The position numbers and the translations under genes were made by a program. The notes under the pieces are model-generated. The model made no database searches. It was given only the letters and a program-made list of their open reading frames with translations, and was not told where the DNA came from. From positions 1-64,000 of the IMG/VR virus record IMGVR_UViG_3300045988_158927: a DNA stretch of 64,000 nucleotides; one strand, given 5' to 3'. Shown piece by piece: positions 10,255 through 18,623 of the stretch (position 1 is its first letter; each line of letters begins with the position of its first letter). This DNA comes from a virus.

Positions 10255-11315
10255 TTAACGCATCAATACCTACCCCCATTGAGAAGATCGCGTCCGGGAT
10301 GGATTTCACCGGGTACGAATTCAACCGGCGGCTGGAATCAGTCGATATCAATTTCAAGCTGAAATCAGCCGAGATCGAGCGCGCCATTGATGACCTGAAG
10401 GGCATTTCTCCGGTCACGAATCTTCTGTTTGACCTTCAGCAACTGAACCAAAAAACAAACCCTATCGTTAACTCGATTCATATCGGCGTCCCTGTTGCTG
10501 GGCACGCAAACGAAGCGCCGATTGCTTGGCAGAATTTCAACTTCCGAAACCCTGCTGGCGGGGATATCAAGCCGTGGGCCAATGGTGTCGGCCCGTCCGG
10601 GTATGCGACGATCAGTAGCGAGTGGCTTGCGACGATGCTTGTCGGGGCAAGCAAGCAATACGATGGCGACGGATCGAACCTGCCCGAATGGAACAAGAAC
10701 TACGGGTCAACCTATCGTCATCATCCGCTCTTCTACCGTCTGCCAACCCGCCAAGGGACGGTGAACGGTATCGGGTCCAGCGGTTTTGCCGGCTCTCCGC
10801 TTGCGCAGGCACATGGCGAAGACGGCTATCTTGCGACGCGGTGGTGGGCCAGACAGGCGGTCCGGGCCTTCCGTGACGCGATGGGCAGCATCCTCGGGGT
10901 TGTCTTCAATCAGCGCGTAGGCGGTAACGCGCCCTTCCAATACGTTATCCCGCTGGGGCGCGAATGGTGTGCGGTGGTTGGACGTGCCAGCACTGCGCCG
11001 CGCTTTGGTTCATTCAGTGGCGGCACAAATACCCGTCTCGTTTCGATTTGCGGCAGCCAATTGAACATGAATAACTACCCGTTCGCCGGCGAGGTCTATA
11101 CGTTCGTTACTGGATCGTATGGTGACGGGCATAACTACGGTGGTGAGGTTGCCGGTGCGCCTGAATTTGGTGGCAGGCCGGCTCTACGCATCAGGGTTGC
11201 CCCAGAAGGGGCTAACTCGGGGGATTATCGGGTGTTTGATGTGTTCTATCTGCTGATTGGTCAGCGTGACAATTCGAGCAACAAGCCGAGCGCACTAAAC
11301 GTGCTGTTCCGATAA
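10251..11315 (+). CDS. tail fibre-associated / receptor-binding protein candidate
   Basis: The ATG overlaps the previous stop (ATGA); the track start at 10224 is TTG. N-terminus FTGYEFNRRLESVDINFKL is related to its neighbours. It is the last gene before a bidirectional terminator. Confidence 0.55.
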   Translation: MINASIPTPIEKIASGMDFTGYEFNRRLESVDINFKLKSAEIERAIDDLKGISPVTNLLFDLQQLNQKTNPIVNSIHIGVPVAGHANEAPIAWQNFNFRNPAGGDIKPWANGVGPSGYATISSEWLATMLVGASKQYDGDGSNLPEWNKNYGSTYRHHPLFYRLPTRQGTVNGIGSSGFAGSPLAQAHGEDGYLATRWWARQAVRAFRDAMGSILGVVFNQRVGGNAPFQYVIPLGREWCAVVGRASTAPRFGSFSGGTNTRLVSICGSQLNMNNYPFAGEVYTFVTGSYGDGHNYGGEVAGAPEFGGRPALRIRVAPEGANSGDYRVFDVFYLLIGQRDNSSNKPSALNVLFR

Positions 11316-11324
11316 GAGAAAAAG

Positions 11325-11346
11325 AAAGGGGGCTTTCGCCCCCTTT
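11325..11346. terminator. bidirectional rho-independent terminator between convergent genes
   Basis: AAAGGGGGC-tttc-GCCCCCTTT: a 9-bp GC-rich stem flanked by A/T runs on both strands. Confidence 0.8.
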
Positions 11347-11348
11347 GT

Positions 11349-11762
11349 TCATTTGCGCGCTGCCTGTCTTGCGGCCTGTTCGGTGGCCTCGATCCGGCTG
11401 ATCATCTTCACTTGGAAAGTGTCGCGCTTGAATTCGCCCACTGCATCTTCCTTGGGGGCGGCGCTGTCCAGAGTAGGCTTTTCCGGCTTGTCAGGCGATT
11501 CTTTTTTGTCGCCCTTGTCCTCACCTTCCGCCTTCTCTTCGGCGGCCTCGGCGGCCTTTTCTTGCGGCGATTCGGCGGGTTCCTTGTCCTCGGATTCGCC
11601 CTTGTTCATTTCCCGTTCGGTGTCCTCGGCTTTCTCTTCCTCGGAACGCTTGTCAGGCGGGGGAACTTCCCGGGCATCATCGAGGCTGCCATCGGTTTCC
11701 CATTCATCAATTTCCGCCTGAAGGCTGGCGATCAGTTCTTTGATTTTGTCGATTGTTTCCAT
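11349..11762 (-). CDS. highly acidic, low-complexity protein
   Basis: 137 aa, E/D/K/P-rich (SEEEKAEDTEREMNKGESEDKEPAESPQEKAAEAAEEKAEGEDKGDKK). It lies immediately downstream of ssb. Confidence 0.6.
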   Translation of the reverse strand: METIDKIKELIASLQAEIDEWETDGSLDDAREVPPPDKRSEEEKAEDTEREMNKGESEDKEPAESPQEKAAEAAEEKAEGEDKGDKKESPDKPEKPTLDSAAPKEDAVGEFKRDTFQVKMISRIEATEQAARQAARK

Positions 11763-11795
11763 AAAAAAAAGTCCGCTGTTGTTAGCAACGGGCTC
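11763..11795 (-). terminator. possible terminator after ssb (weak, bulged stem + U8)
   Basis: The minus strand reads CCCGUUGcuaaCAACaGCGG followed by UUUUUUUU. The stem is imperfect. Confidence 0.35.
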
Positions 11796-11806
11796 TATTC
11801 TATCGT

Positions 11807-12181
11807 TTAGAACGGGATGTCATCATCATCGTCGAATTTTGGCGTCTTTTTGGGTTTAGGCGGCGCTGATACCCGCTCTTCGCCCTCGCCTTTCTTGCCA
11901 TCGCCAACCGGGAACATCACGCGCTCCGCGATGATGTTTGTATAGGTGGGCGAATCTTCGTCCTTTTTGAAATATTCAATCCGGCCTTGAATGTTGATGC
12001 CCTTGCCTCGACTGAAATGCTTCTGCACAAACTCGCCGGTTTTGCCGAACGCGGTAACCTTGTGCCACTGGGTTTTCTCATCCCCGTTAAAGTATTCGGT
12101 GGTTGCCACTGAGAAGCGCACACCAGCGGAAAACTCTTCAGGGTCTTTGCCAAGACGGCCGTTAAGAATGACGATATTCAT
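11807..12181 (-). CDS. ssb: single-stranded DNA-binding protein
   Basis: OB-fold pattern NIVILNGRLGKDPE...TQWHKVTAFGK...GINIQGRIEY and the canonical acidic tip DDDDDIPF. RBS AGGAAA. Confidence 0.92.
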   Translation of the reverse strand: MNIVILNGRLGKDPEEFSAGVRFSVATTEYFNGDEKTQWHKVTAFGKTGEFVQKHFSRGKGINIQGRIEYFKKDEDSPTYTNIIAERVMFPVGDGKKGEGEERVSAPPKPKKTPKFDDDDDIPF

Positions 12182-12196
12182 GGATGGATTTCCTTT

Positions 12197-12856
12197 TTAA
12201 GAACGCACTGCGACGGATTTTTCTTCAATTTCAGAGCAGCCGACTAACGGATGGCCCGCCTTCCACGCTGCCCGGACGACTGCCATATTAACCGTGATGG
12301 CGTTCTCCGGGGTGTACCCGTCGATGATGGCCTGAAGGAAAGCCTTCATATCCGTAATGGCCACGTCTTTCCGGGTCTTGATGGAAATCTTATCGTCGCC
12401 GATCTTGGGGGCTTCCGCGACGGCCAGTGTCTTGGCCTGGGATTCCATGATCATGGCTTGGACCTGATCTTCCAGAGATTCGGAGGCCTTGAGCTTCTCG
12501 GCTTCGGCGGCGAGCCGGGCCTTTTCTTCCTCTACTTTCTTGGCTGACTCGGCTTGAGCAATGGCGCGCTCTTTCTCTTTCTTCGTCTGGTAGACAAGGA
12601 TGCGGGATTTCAGCAAGTCTTCCGCGTCTTTCAGGTATTGCAGCGGCGGCTTAAACAGGGCGTTGACCTGCTTAATGGCGTCGTTCTGAGGCTTCGTGAT
12701 GGCCACGCGCTTTGCCTCGATTTCCTTATATTTGGTCTTGATGGCCTTGAGGTCTTCGTTGGCCGCGTCAAACGACAGATCGTCGATGATTTCGTAAGCT
12801 TCGGAACGCGCTTTAAACATGAGCGCGGCTTTTTCGATGGGGGCAATATCAATCAT
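12197..12856 (-). CDS. coiled-coil protein, possibly recombination-associated (DUF1351-like, tentative)
   Basis: 219 aa, K/E-rich central helix. The start overlaps the upstream nuclease stop (ATGATTGA). It lies between the nuclease and ssb. Confidence 0.45.
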   Translation of the reverse strand: MIDIAPIEKAALMFKARSEAYEIIDDLSFDAANEDLKAIKTKYKEIEAKRVAITKPQNDAIKQVNALFKPPLQYLKDAEDLLKSRILVYQTKKEKERAIAQAESAKKVEEEKARLAAEAEKLKASESLEDQVQAMIMESQAKTLAVAEAPKIGDDKISIKTRKDVAITDMKAFLQAIIDGYTPENAITVNMAVVRAAWKAGHPLVGCSEIEEKSVAVRS

Positions 12857-13526
12857 GGAATGGGGTTCCTTTGAGGTTGTGTTTCAGGCAAAAATTGCGA
12901 AGCTGAAGGCATGACAGGAATGTGGTCCAGCCTTCGGCTATGTCGTGGGTTTGTAGCATGTACGTCGGTGGTTCATCGGATTTGGGGAGTTTGAGGGACA
13001 GAATTCCGTCAATGCCGTACTCGGCAATGAGGGGTGTTTTCGCATACGCCGCGAGCTGGGCAGATACGGCGGGATTCAGTTTGAACGTTGTCTTAAGGTC
13101 CAGAACGTAAGTCTTGCCGTCGATCTTGCACACACGGTCAACCGTGCCCGCGTACATGAGGGCAGGGTGAAACGTGCGGCACTCGATGGCCAGCCATTCT
13201 GGCGAGTGTTCAAACAGGAACCCCTTGTATGCCTCGATGGCGTTCCGGAACTCATCAGGAAGCGATGCCTCATCCAATTCTGCCCGGTCATATAGTTCCG
13301 TCGCATAGTGGACGGCCGTGCCGTATGCAGCGGCCTTTTCCAGAATGGGACGCGGAACCTTGTCCAGACCGGACAGGGGCTTGAGAATCGTTGTCACTGA
13401 TGGAACGGGAATGCCGTTCAGGCGGTACGTGTGGGAAGGTTCGTCAAATTCGAGTTTGTGGGTCATGTCGCAATTATGGGCGACCTTCGGCCAAAGGTCA
13501 AGCTTTAGAATGGTCTCCGTACCCAT
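12849..13526 (-). CDS. PD-(D/E)XK (RecB/Cas4-like) exonuclease
   Basis: Motifs GTAVHYATE, GTVDRV...YVLDLKT (D..hhDhK) and QLAAYA (QxxxY). The start was chosen at MGTETIL (13526), because the upstream part of the 427-aa track ORF overlaps a better plus-strand gene. Confidence 0.7.
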   Translation of the reverse strand: MGTETILKLDLWPKVAHNCDMTHKLEFDEPSHTYRLNGIPVPSVTTILKPLSGLDKVPRPILEKAAAYGTAVHYATELYDRAELDEASLPDEFRNAIEAYKGFLFEHSPEWLAIECRTFHPALMYAGTVDRVCKIDGKTYVLDLKTTFKLNPAVSAQLAAYAKTPLIAEYGIDGILSLKLPKSDEPPTYMLQTHDIAEGWTTFLSCLQLRNFCLKHNLKGTPFHD

Positions 13527-13562
13527 TGGGGTACATTCTTTTTGCAAAAAGGAACAATTCGT

Positions 13563-14045
13563 ATGACTGTATCTACTGGCGCATACATGAAGACGCTTTA
13601 CCAGAGCGTCGCGGCCATGGGCGAGAAATCCATCAACTCGGACATGGCTTTTGAGATCGACGGGCATGAAAACATGTGGCTGCTGTGCAAACAAGCCCCG
13701 TGGCCCGAGCTGTCCTCGGCGGGCGAGATCGAGATTCCGACTCCCACTGGCGGATCGGCATTCCAACCCCAGCAACTGAAGGTTGCCCTTCAGGGTCAGG
13801 TGACGTTTCTTGAGACGGTGGCTGGGGACGTTGACCGGATGCTTGACGCCATCACGGCACAAGGTGGGAAATTCAATGCCAAGATTTACGAGGGCACCCC
13901 TCAGAAATGGACTAGCCGTAAGCATCTTAAAGATTGCTTCCTCGTGCTGGATGCTACGGACCGAGACTGGGAAAACCGCGCTCAAGTAATGACCATTAGT
14001 GGCACGCTGTTCTACCACTACTTCGGCCAAACCGACCGCATTTAA
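13563..14045 (+). CDS. tail tube / tube-initiator-like structural protein (tentative)
   Basis: RBS AAGGAAC then ATG at 13563 (track start 13542 is TTG). It is the first gene of a tube-hub-spike style module. Confidence 0.45.
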   Translation: MTVSTGAYMKTLYQSVAAMGEKSINSDMAFEIDGHENMWLLCKQAPWPELSSAGEIEIPTPTGGSAFQPQQLKVALQGQVTFLETVAGDVDRMLDAITAQGGKFNAKIYEGTPQKWTSRKHLKDCFLVLDATDRDWENRAQVMTISGTLFYHYFGQTDRI

Positions 14046-14055
14046 GGGGTAGGGG

Positions 14056-14511
14056 ATGCGTATCAGTGACCTTGTTACGCGATGGGCCAGAAACTTCCGG
14101 CCCGTCGGGAACCTTCTGGAAGAGCCGATCATCTTGGGTTGCGCAATCCGTGCGGCAGAAACATACGCATCCCATGCGCCCCTTAAATCGCAAAACTTCC
14201 AAGCGTCGGATCAGTTTCTGAACGAATCGACGGATATCACGCCTTCGGAATGGGGGCTGATTGAGCCGCTCTTCCTTCTCTATATCGAGAAAGAAGAATC
14301 GGTCTATATCGACGCGATGAAACAGTTTGGCGGTGACATTGAGCGCCGTACAAACAGCGAGATTTCCCAAGATATCGAGCGGTATCTCGACGGGCTTCCG
14401 CGCAAGAGCTTCATGCAAGGCCCGATCTCACTGCAAATTCCGGAACCTTACGGCATTGATCGTCATGGGTTCCTTTGCCCGATGCAAATTCAGGTGATTC
14501 CGCGCCCATGA
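14056..14511 (+). CDS. hypothetical structural-module protein
   Basis: G-rich RBS. Translationally coupled to the next gene (ATGA). Confidence 0.5.
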   Translation: MRISDLVTRWARNFRPVGNLLEEPIILGCAIRAAETYASHAPLKSQNFQASDQFLNESTDITPSEWGLIEPLFLLYIEKEESVYIDAMKQFGGDIERRTNSEISQDIERYLDGLPRKSFMQGPISLQIPEPYGIDRHGFLCPMQIQVIPRP

Positions 14512-15362
14512 TCACGATTGAGAACGGAAGAACTCTGCAAAATACTGTCGTTGTGTCTCTGGTTATTCGCAGCGACAGTAGCCCCATTCCGATCACCATG
14601 GAGGCAGACATTCGCGCCTTGGATGGCGTGGAAAAGTGGATGGAAGAAGGGCGCACGGTATCGGTCGGTAAGTACGAATTCGAGATTGTGAAAAGCCGCC
14701 TAGCGTCCGGACTGGTCCAGCAGGGGGACAAGGACACGGGCGGCTTTGCAATCACCTGCCTGATGAAGGGCACAAAGAGCATCGCCCTTCCGATGGTCCG
14801 GAATGTCTTCAAAGAGAAGCCCACGATTCAAGACTGCTATCGGCTTTCTGGTTCGCAAGCTAACGTCTTTGGTAATGTCATGGGGCAGCGTTTTGCATTG
14901 CTTCGCGGCGACCTGCCGACACCGATGATCAACCGGGTATTGCAGGAATCCGGGGCAATCGTTCGCTGGAAGAAGGGCAAGATTCAGGCGCTAACCTATC
15001 CGGAAATCGTCGCCCAAAAGCCGATCCGGTTTCTGCCAGACATTCAGGGGGCAGATGATGAAATGACGTTCGTTGCGCGAAACGAAATGCCGCAATACGT
15101 GTCCATTGATGAGAATCGGAACGTTGTGCAGGTTGCGCGTAGTGTGCCATCCCCGGTCTATTTCATCCCGCACCACGATGCACGTAGCGTGCGCCTGATG
15201 CAGCAGACGATCATCCAGCGACGGGTAGCAAAGATCATGCTGGACATGAACATAGACGCCGGGGATATCGTGGACGTGAACGGGGAGAAGTTGATCGTCG
15301 TTACGGCCGCGCACGTGCCGATTGATGGATACACGAAACTTTGGTTAGGGAGCGTTGAATGA
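14508..15362 (+). CDS. baseplate hub protein (P2 gpD / Mu gp44-like)
   Basis: ATGA-coupled start. The C-terminus DAGDIVDVNGEKLIVVTAAHVPIDGYTKLWLG resembles the conserved end of late-control-D/hub proteins. It directly precedes a spike gene. Confidence 0.55.
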   Translation: MITIENGRTLQNTVVVSLVIRSDSSPIPITMEADIRALDGVEKWMEEGRTVSVGKYEFEIVKSRLASGLVQQGDKDTGGFAITCLMKGTKSIALPMVRNVFKEKPTIQDCYRLSGSQANVFGNVMGQRFALLRGDLPTPMINRVLQESGAIVRWKKGKIQALTYPEIVAQKPIRFLPDIQGADDEMTFVARNEMPQYVSIDENRNVVQVARSVPSPVYFIPHHDARSVRLMQQTIIQRRVAKIMLDMNIDAGDIVDVNGEKLIVVTAAHVPIDGYTKLWLGSVE

Positions 15363-15979
15363 GCGGATTTTTCCCGGGCGTGGTGGCGAGCTATGACAAA
15401 GTCAAGCGGTTAGTTACCGTAACGATTCCGGGGCTTGCTGACACGCCAGTGCCGGCCGAGCTGATGTATTCGCTTGGCGACAGGGCCACCCCGATTGCCT
15501 CGGGGCTGGCCACTGAAATCGAGATCGTCCCCGGGGATCATGTCTGGCTGCAATTCATCGGCGGAGATTCCCGCTATCCGCTTGTGGTGGGGTTCCGAAA
15601 TCCGCAAATAGGAAACAGTGTCGATTGGCGGGCGTGGCACCACAAAAACATCATGCTCAAGGCTGATGAAGAGATCGTCATCGACACGCCGGGTACGGTG
15701 AGGATTACGGGCAGCGAAGCCGTTAGGGTCATTACGAAGGTTGCGCACGTCACAGCTAGCGAGAGTGCCACGATCAAAAGCCAAAGCGTGATGATCGATG
15801 CCCCGGCGACGACGTGCAATGGTGCGTTGTCGGTCTCCGGGGCGTTAACAGTTAACGGTGGCGCGGCGATCTCTGGCGGAAGTGGCGCGGTTGTCTCTGG
15901 CACGATGAACGTCGTTGGCGCTATTGCCGTTCAAGGCACGATCAAGGCGTCCGGTTCCATCCGCGAGAATTCGCCTTAA
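15359..15979 (+). CDS. baseplate central spike (gpV / gp45 / VgrG-OB like)
   Basis: N-terminal OB-fold pattern FFPGVVASYDKVKRLVTVTIPGL...GDHVWLQFIGGDSRYPLVVG, then beta-helical repeats (VRITGSEAVRVITKVAHVTASESATIKSQSVMIDAP...). Confidence 0.75.
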   Translation: MSGFFPGVVASYDKVKRLVTVTIPGLADTPVPAELMYSLGDRATPIASGLATEIEIVPGDHVWLQFIGGDSRYPLVVGFRNPQIGNSVDWRAWHHKNIMLKADEEIVIDTPGTVRITGSEAVRVITKVAHVTASESATIKSQSVMIDAPATTCNGALSVSGALTVNGGAAISGGSGAVVSGTMNVVGAIAVQGTIKASGSIRENSP

Positions 15980-16257
15980 AGGGACGCCGCGTAGTTCTCA
16001 AAACTGGCCGTCAGTGTGGCGGCCTTTCTCGGGCTTCGGTCGGCCTTTCGATTGCGGTACGTTTCTTTGGCGGCCATCACTTCATCCCGCGGCCAATACT
16101 GGGAGCCGTTCTTTAGCAGCGGCGTTTTCAGTACACCCTGTTTAACAAGTTTCGAGAGATTCCCGCGTGTGCAGCCGAGCATTTCCGCGACAAGGGATGC
16201 CGGAACAATGTTTACAGTGTGAACCATTGCCGCTGTTTCATCTTGATTGGTTTCCAT
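15976..16257 (-). CDS. small HTH DNA-binding protein (MerR/excisionase-like)
   Basis: ASLVAEMLGCTRGNLSKLVKQGVL helix-turn-helix. The stop overlaps the convergent spike-gene stop (TTAA). The start is uncertain (16257 or 16227). Confidence 0.55.
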   Translation of the reverse strand: METNQDETAAMVHTVNIVPASLVAEMLGCTRGNLSKLVKQGVLKTPLLKNGSQYWPRDEVMAAKETYRNRKADRSPRKAATLTASFENYAASL

Positions 16258-16805
16258 TCCTTGACGATGATTTGTCGAATGGGGTGATTGTCGATCTCAT
16301 CGCCGGCTTGCTTTCGCTTGGACGCATTCTCGCCGCGCACGATGCCGTACCGCTTGATGCGCGTCTTGATGACGCTAATGGAAAGCCCGGTCTCTTCGGA
16401 AATCTCAACGAGCGTCCGGCCTTCTTCGTTGATCAGGCGTTCCAGCATGTTCCGTTCTTTGGCCTCGGCGGCAGCGCGTTCCGGTGAGATGTTGCGCTTT
16501 CTCTCTCGCGGCTTTTGTTCGATTCCGAGCTTTCGCAGGTATTTGTTGACCTGCCCCCGGGTCACGCCGAGGAATGTGGCGATTTCATCCGTACTCATCC
16601 CCTGCTGGGTGTAGCAATGATCAACGTATTTGAGCTTCTGGATACCTTCCAGTTTGCGCTTTGTTCCCCCGGGATTACGCATCGCCTTGTAGTAGGTATC
16701 ACGATTGACTCCGGTACCCTCAAGCGCCTGATTCAGGGACATTCCAGCATCGCGGCGTTTGTTAATGGTATCGATGATCTCTTGTGCAAAATCAGTAGAT
16801 TCCAT
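16212..16805 (-). CDS. DNA-binding protein with three tandem HTH modules
   Basis: MSLNQALEGTGVNRDTYYKAM, MSTDEIATFLGVTRGQVNKYLRKLG, RTLVEISEETGLSISVIKTRIKRYG. Confidence 0.6.
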   Translation of the reverse strand: MESTDFAQEIIDTINKRRDAGMSLNQALEGTGVNRDTYYKAMRNPGGTKRKLEGIQKLKYVDHCYTQQGMSTDEIATFLGVTRGQVNKYLRKLGIEQKPRERKRNISPERAAAEAKERNMLERLINEEGRTLVEISEETGLSISVIKTRIKRYGIVRGENASKRKQAGDEIDNHPIRQIIVKEWKPIKMKQRQWFTL

Positions 16806-17256
16806 GCTTTGCCATCCGTTCCATGCGGTTGATTCGCTCTTCCAGAGCGGAGATCAATTGTTCCTTGTGCTGGAAGACAGGACTTTGGTGCTGCGACGCC
16901 AGCAGCGTGCCGCTTTTGATGCGTGAAATAATGGCGTTATCGTAGACACCGACCTTTTGAGCCGTTCGCCTGATCGACCATCCCTTGCCCATGAGGTCAA
17001 CGATCATATCTAGCTGATCTTGCGTCATCCGCTTACCAGACGGTCGCGCCTGACGTTTTGTCCCTGTCTCTTCTTCGGCGCGGTTCAGAGATACGTAAAC
17101 CGTGGCCTCACTCATCCCGAACTCTTCAGCCAATTGCTTGATGGACAGGCCGTCGTTATGACGGTCGAGAACCCGGCGAACGAACGCCGAACGGACGCCC
17201 GTAACCTTCTCGCAGATGTTGTTGGATTTGACGTTGGAATCGATGGTGATATTCAT
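16792..17256 (-). CDS. DNA-binding protein with two HTH modules
   Basis: LSIKQLAEEFGMSEATVYVSLNRA and WSIRRTAQKVGVYDNAIISRIKSG. Confidence 0.6.
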   Translation of the reverse strand: MNITIDSNVKSNNICEKVTGVRSAFVRRVLDRHNDGLSIKQLAEEFGMSEATVYVSLNRAEEETGTKRQARPSGKRMTQDQLDMIVDLMGKGWSIRRTAQKVGVYDNAIISRIKSGTLLASQHQSPVFQHKEQLISALEERINRMERMAKHGIY

Positions 17257-17549
17257 TGGTTGTTGTCCATGATGTACTGAAGGAACCCGGCAAAGACGAG
17301 GGATTTGTTGTCGATGTGCAGGGATTGATGAACCGGGGAACTGACGAGCAACCCCCAGAGTTTGCCGTAGCGGATGATCTTTACACCGGGCTTGCTAGAT
17401 GCCACGATGGTTGGATGTTCGGTGAAAACTTCACTCATGAGCCGTCCGAACGCTTGCGATGCTTTGTGTTCGTTCGGAAACTTGCGCTCTTCCTGAATGC
17501 TCTTGCCGTCGAAGATTCGGACAGTTGAATGATGACGCTGGATGTTCAT
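17253..17549 (-). CDS. hypothetical protein
   Basis: 98-aa ORF, RBS GGAAAG, stop/start coupled to the downstream gene. Confidence 0.5.
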   Translation of the reverse strand: MNIQRHHSTVRIFDGKSIQEERKFPNEHKASQAFGRLMSEVFTEHPTIVASSKPGVKIIRYGKLWGLLVSSPVHQSLHIDNKSLVFAGFLQYIMDNNQ

Positions 17550-17597
17550 GTTCTTTCCGTGGGATTGTGGCCCGCCTTCCGACGGGCCGATGGTTGA

Positions 17598-17858
17598 TTA
17601 TTTGGCGTCTTTCATGACGACAAAGTACGTATTGCCTTTGTCCTCGTAGAATCCGCAGTTATTCGCACCATCGATGCATTCGAGATCGCCGGCGAAGCTG
17701 TCCATGATCTCCCGGTCAATCGTCACACGGCCGACACCGATAGCGTGGCCATAGTCGATATGCCGGATTTCTTCTTTGACGATTTGCGCATCCTTGATGC
17801 TGTAGTGATTTTTCATCAGCATCATAGTCAGGCGTACGGTGCGTTGTTGCTTGTTCAT
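17598..17858 (-). CDS. hypothetical protein
   Basis: 86-aa ORF with RBS GGAG, downstream of a sigma70-like promoter. Confidence 0.55.
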   Translation of the reverse strand: MNKQQRTVRLTMMLMKNHYSIKDAQIVKEEIRHIDYGHAIGVGRVTIDREIMDSFAGDLECIDGANNCGFYEDKGNTYFVVMKDAK

Positions 17859-17906
17859 GGTTCTACTCCGTTGGAAGTGTGTAGCGCGTAGTGCGCTGTC
17901 TGTTGA

Positions 17907-17935
17907 TGGAGATGATTACACCACACCTATTTTTA
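17907..17935 (-). promoter_or_regulatory. sigma70-like promoter (leftward)
   Basis: The minus strand reads TTGCAT (17935-17930), a 17-nt spacer, then TGTAAT (17912-17907). It lies ~50 nt upstream of the 17858 start. Confidence 0.55.
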
Positions 17936-17971
17936 GAATGCAACCCCCGCCGACGGACGGTTGTTGTATTG

Positions 17972-18247
17972 CTACACGCCCTCTCCGTTCAGGCGCTTGT
18001 CTACCAGAGCAGCGTAGCCGGCGATGTCGTGCCAGCTATCCGCATAGCGCGGGTCTCCGTTGAGGATACGGGCAATCTTGTGCTGGATCATGTCGAGCGC
18101 CTCGGCCATGTCCGGGTCCAGATTGTTCCAGTTATGGGATTGCCGCATCAGGCCCTTCAGTGTCTGCGAGATGCTGGCCTGCCCGGCGAATGAGCCATAG
18201 CGTGCGCCGCGAGCGTTCAGAGTGCTTGAAACGTCGGTCATTGTCAT
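17972..18247 (-). CDS. conserved phage protein (DUF6378-like, tentative)
   Basis: Pattern RGARYGSF...NL...DMIQHKIARIL.GD....DSWHDIAGYA. RBS GGAG. Confidence 0.45.
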   Translation of the reverse strand: MTMTDVSSTLNARGARYGSFAGQASISQTLKGLMRQSHNWNNLDPDMAEALDMIQHKIARILNGDPRYADSWHDIAGYAALVDKRLNGEGV

Positions 18248-18293
18248 TTCTCCATATATTCACGCCATGAATACATAGCGTAAGTGATTGAAT

Positions 18294-18620
18294 TCAATCG
18301 GGTTTTATTACAAACTCGATATCGTGGATTGCGGCAGGGATGGCCTTGTCAGCCAAGATCGCCGCGTCCATGCCGTGCCACACCTCCCTATTGGCAGCGT
18401 AGACGAGCATGTAGATCGGGGCGAGGTCGCGTGCGCGTAACGGGTACTCGCGCATGAGGAAGGCGGCCATCTTGGCAGATTTTTCGGACCCATTGACACG
18501 GAATTCATCCATGAATTCGCGCCCATCGTCGAGGCGCCAGCGGTACCGGAAGGAACCGTCTGGCGCTTCTTCAATGTTGGCGGCCCGCCCCCTGCAAAGC
18601 AGGTATTGCGCCTTGTCCAT
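18294..18620 (-). CDS. hypothetical protein
   Basis: 108-aa ORF starting 3 nt after the upstream stop. The overlapping 157-aa ORF in another frame is judged spurious. Confidence 0.5.
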   Translation of the reverse strand: MDKAQYLLCRGRAANIEEAPDGSFRYRWRLDDGREFMDEFRVNGSEKSAKMAAFLMREYPLRARDLAPIYMLVYAANREVWHGMDAAILADKAIPAAIHDIEFVIKPD

Positions 18621-18623
18621 GGG

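Noticed and set aside
13527-14132. Upstream 200 codons of the 427-aa minus-strand ORF 12849-14132.
   Set aside because: The nuclease motifs all lie downstream of Met at 13526. The upstream part overlaps a plus-strand gene that has a good RBS and lacks coding character.
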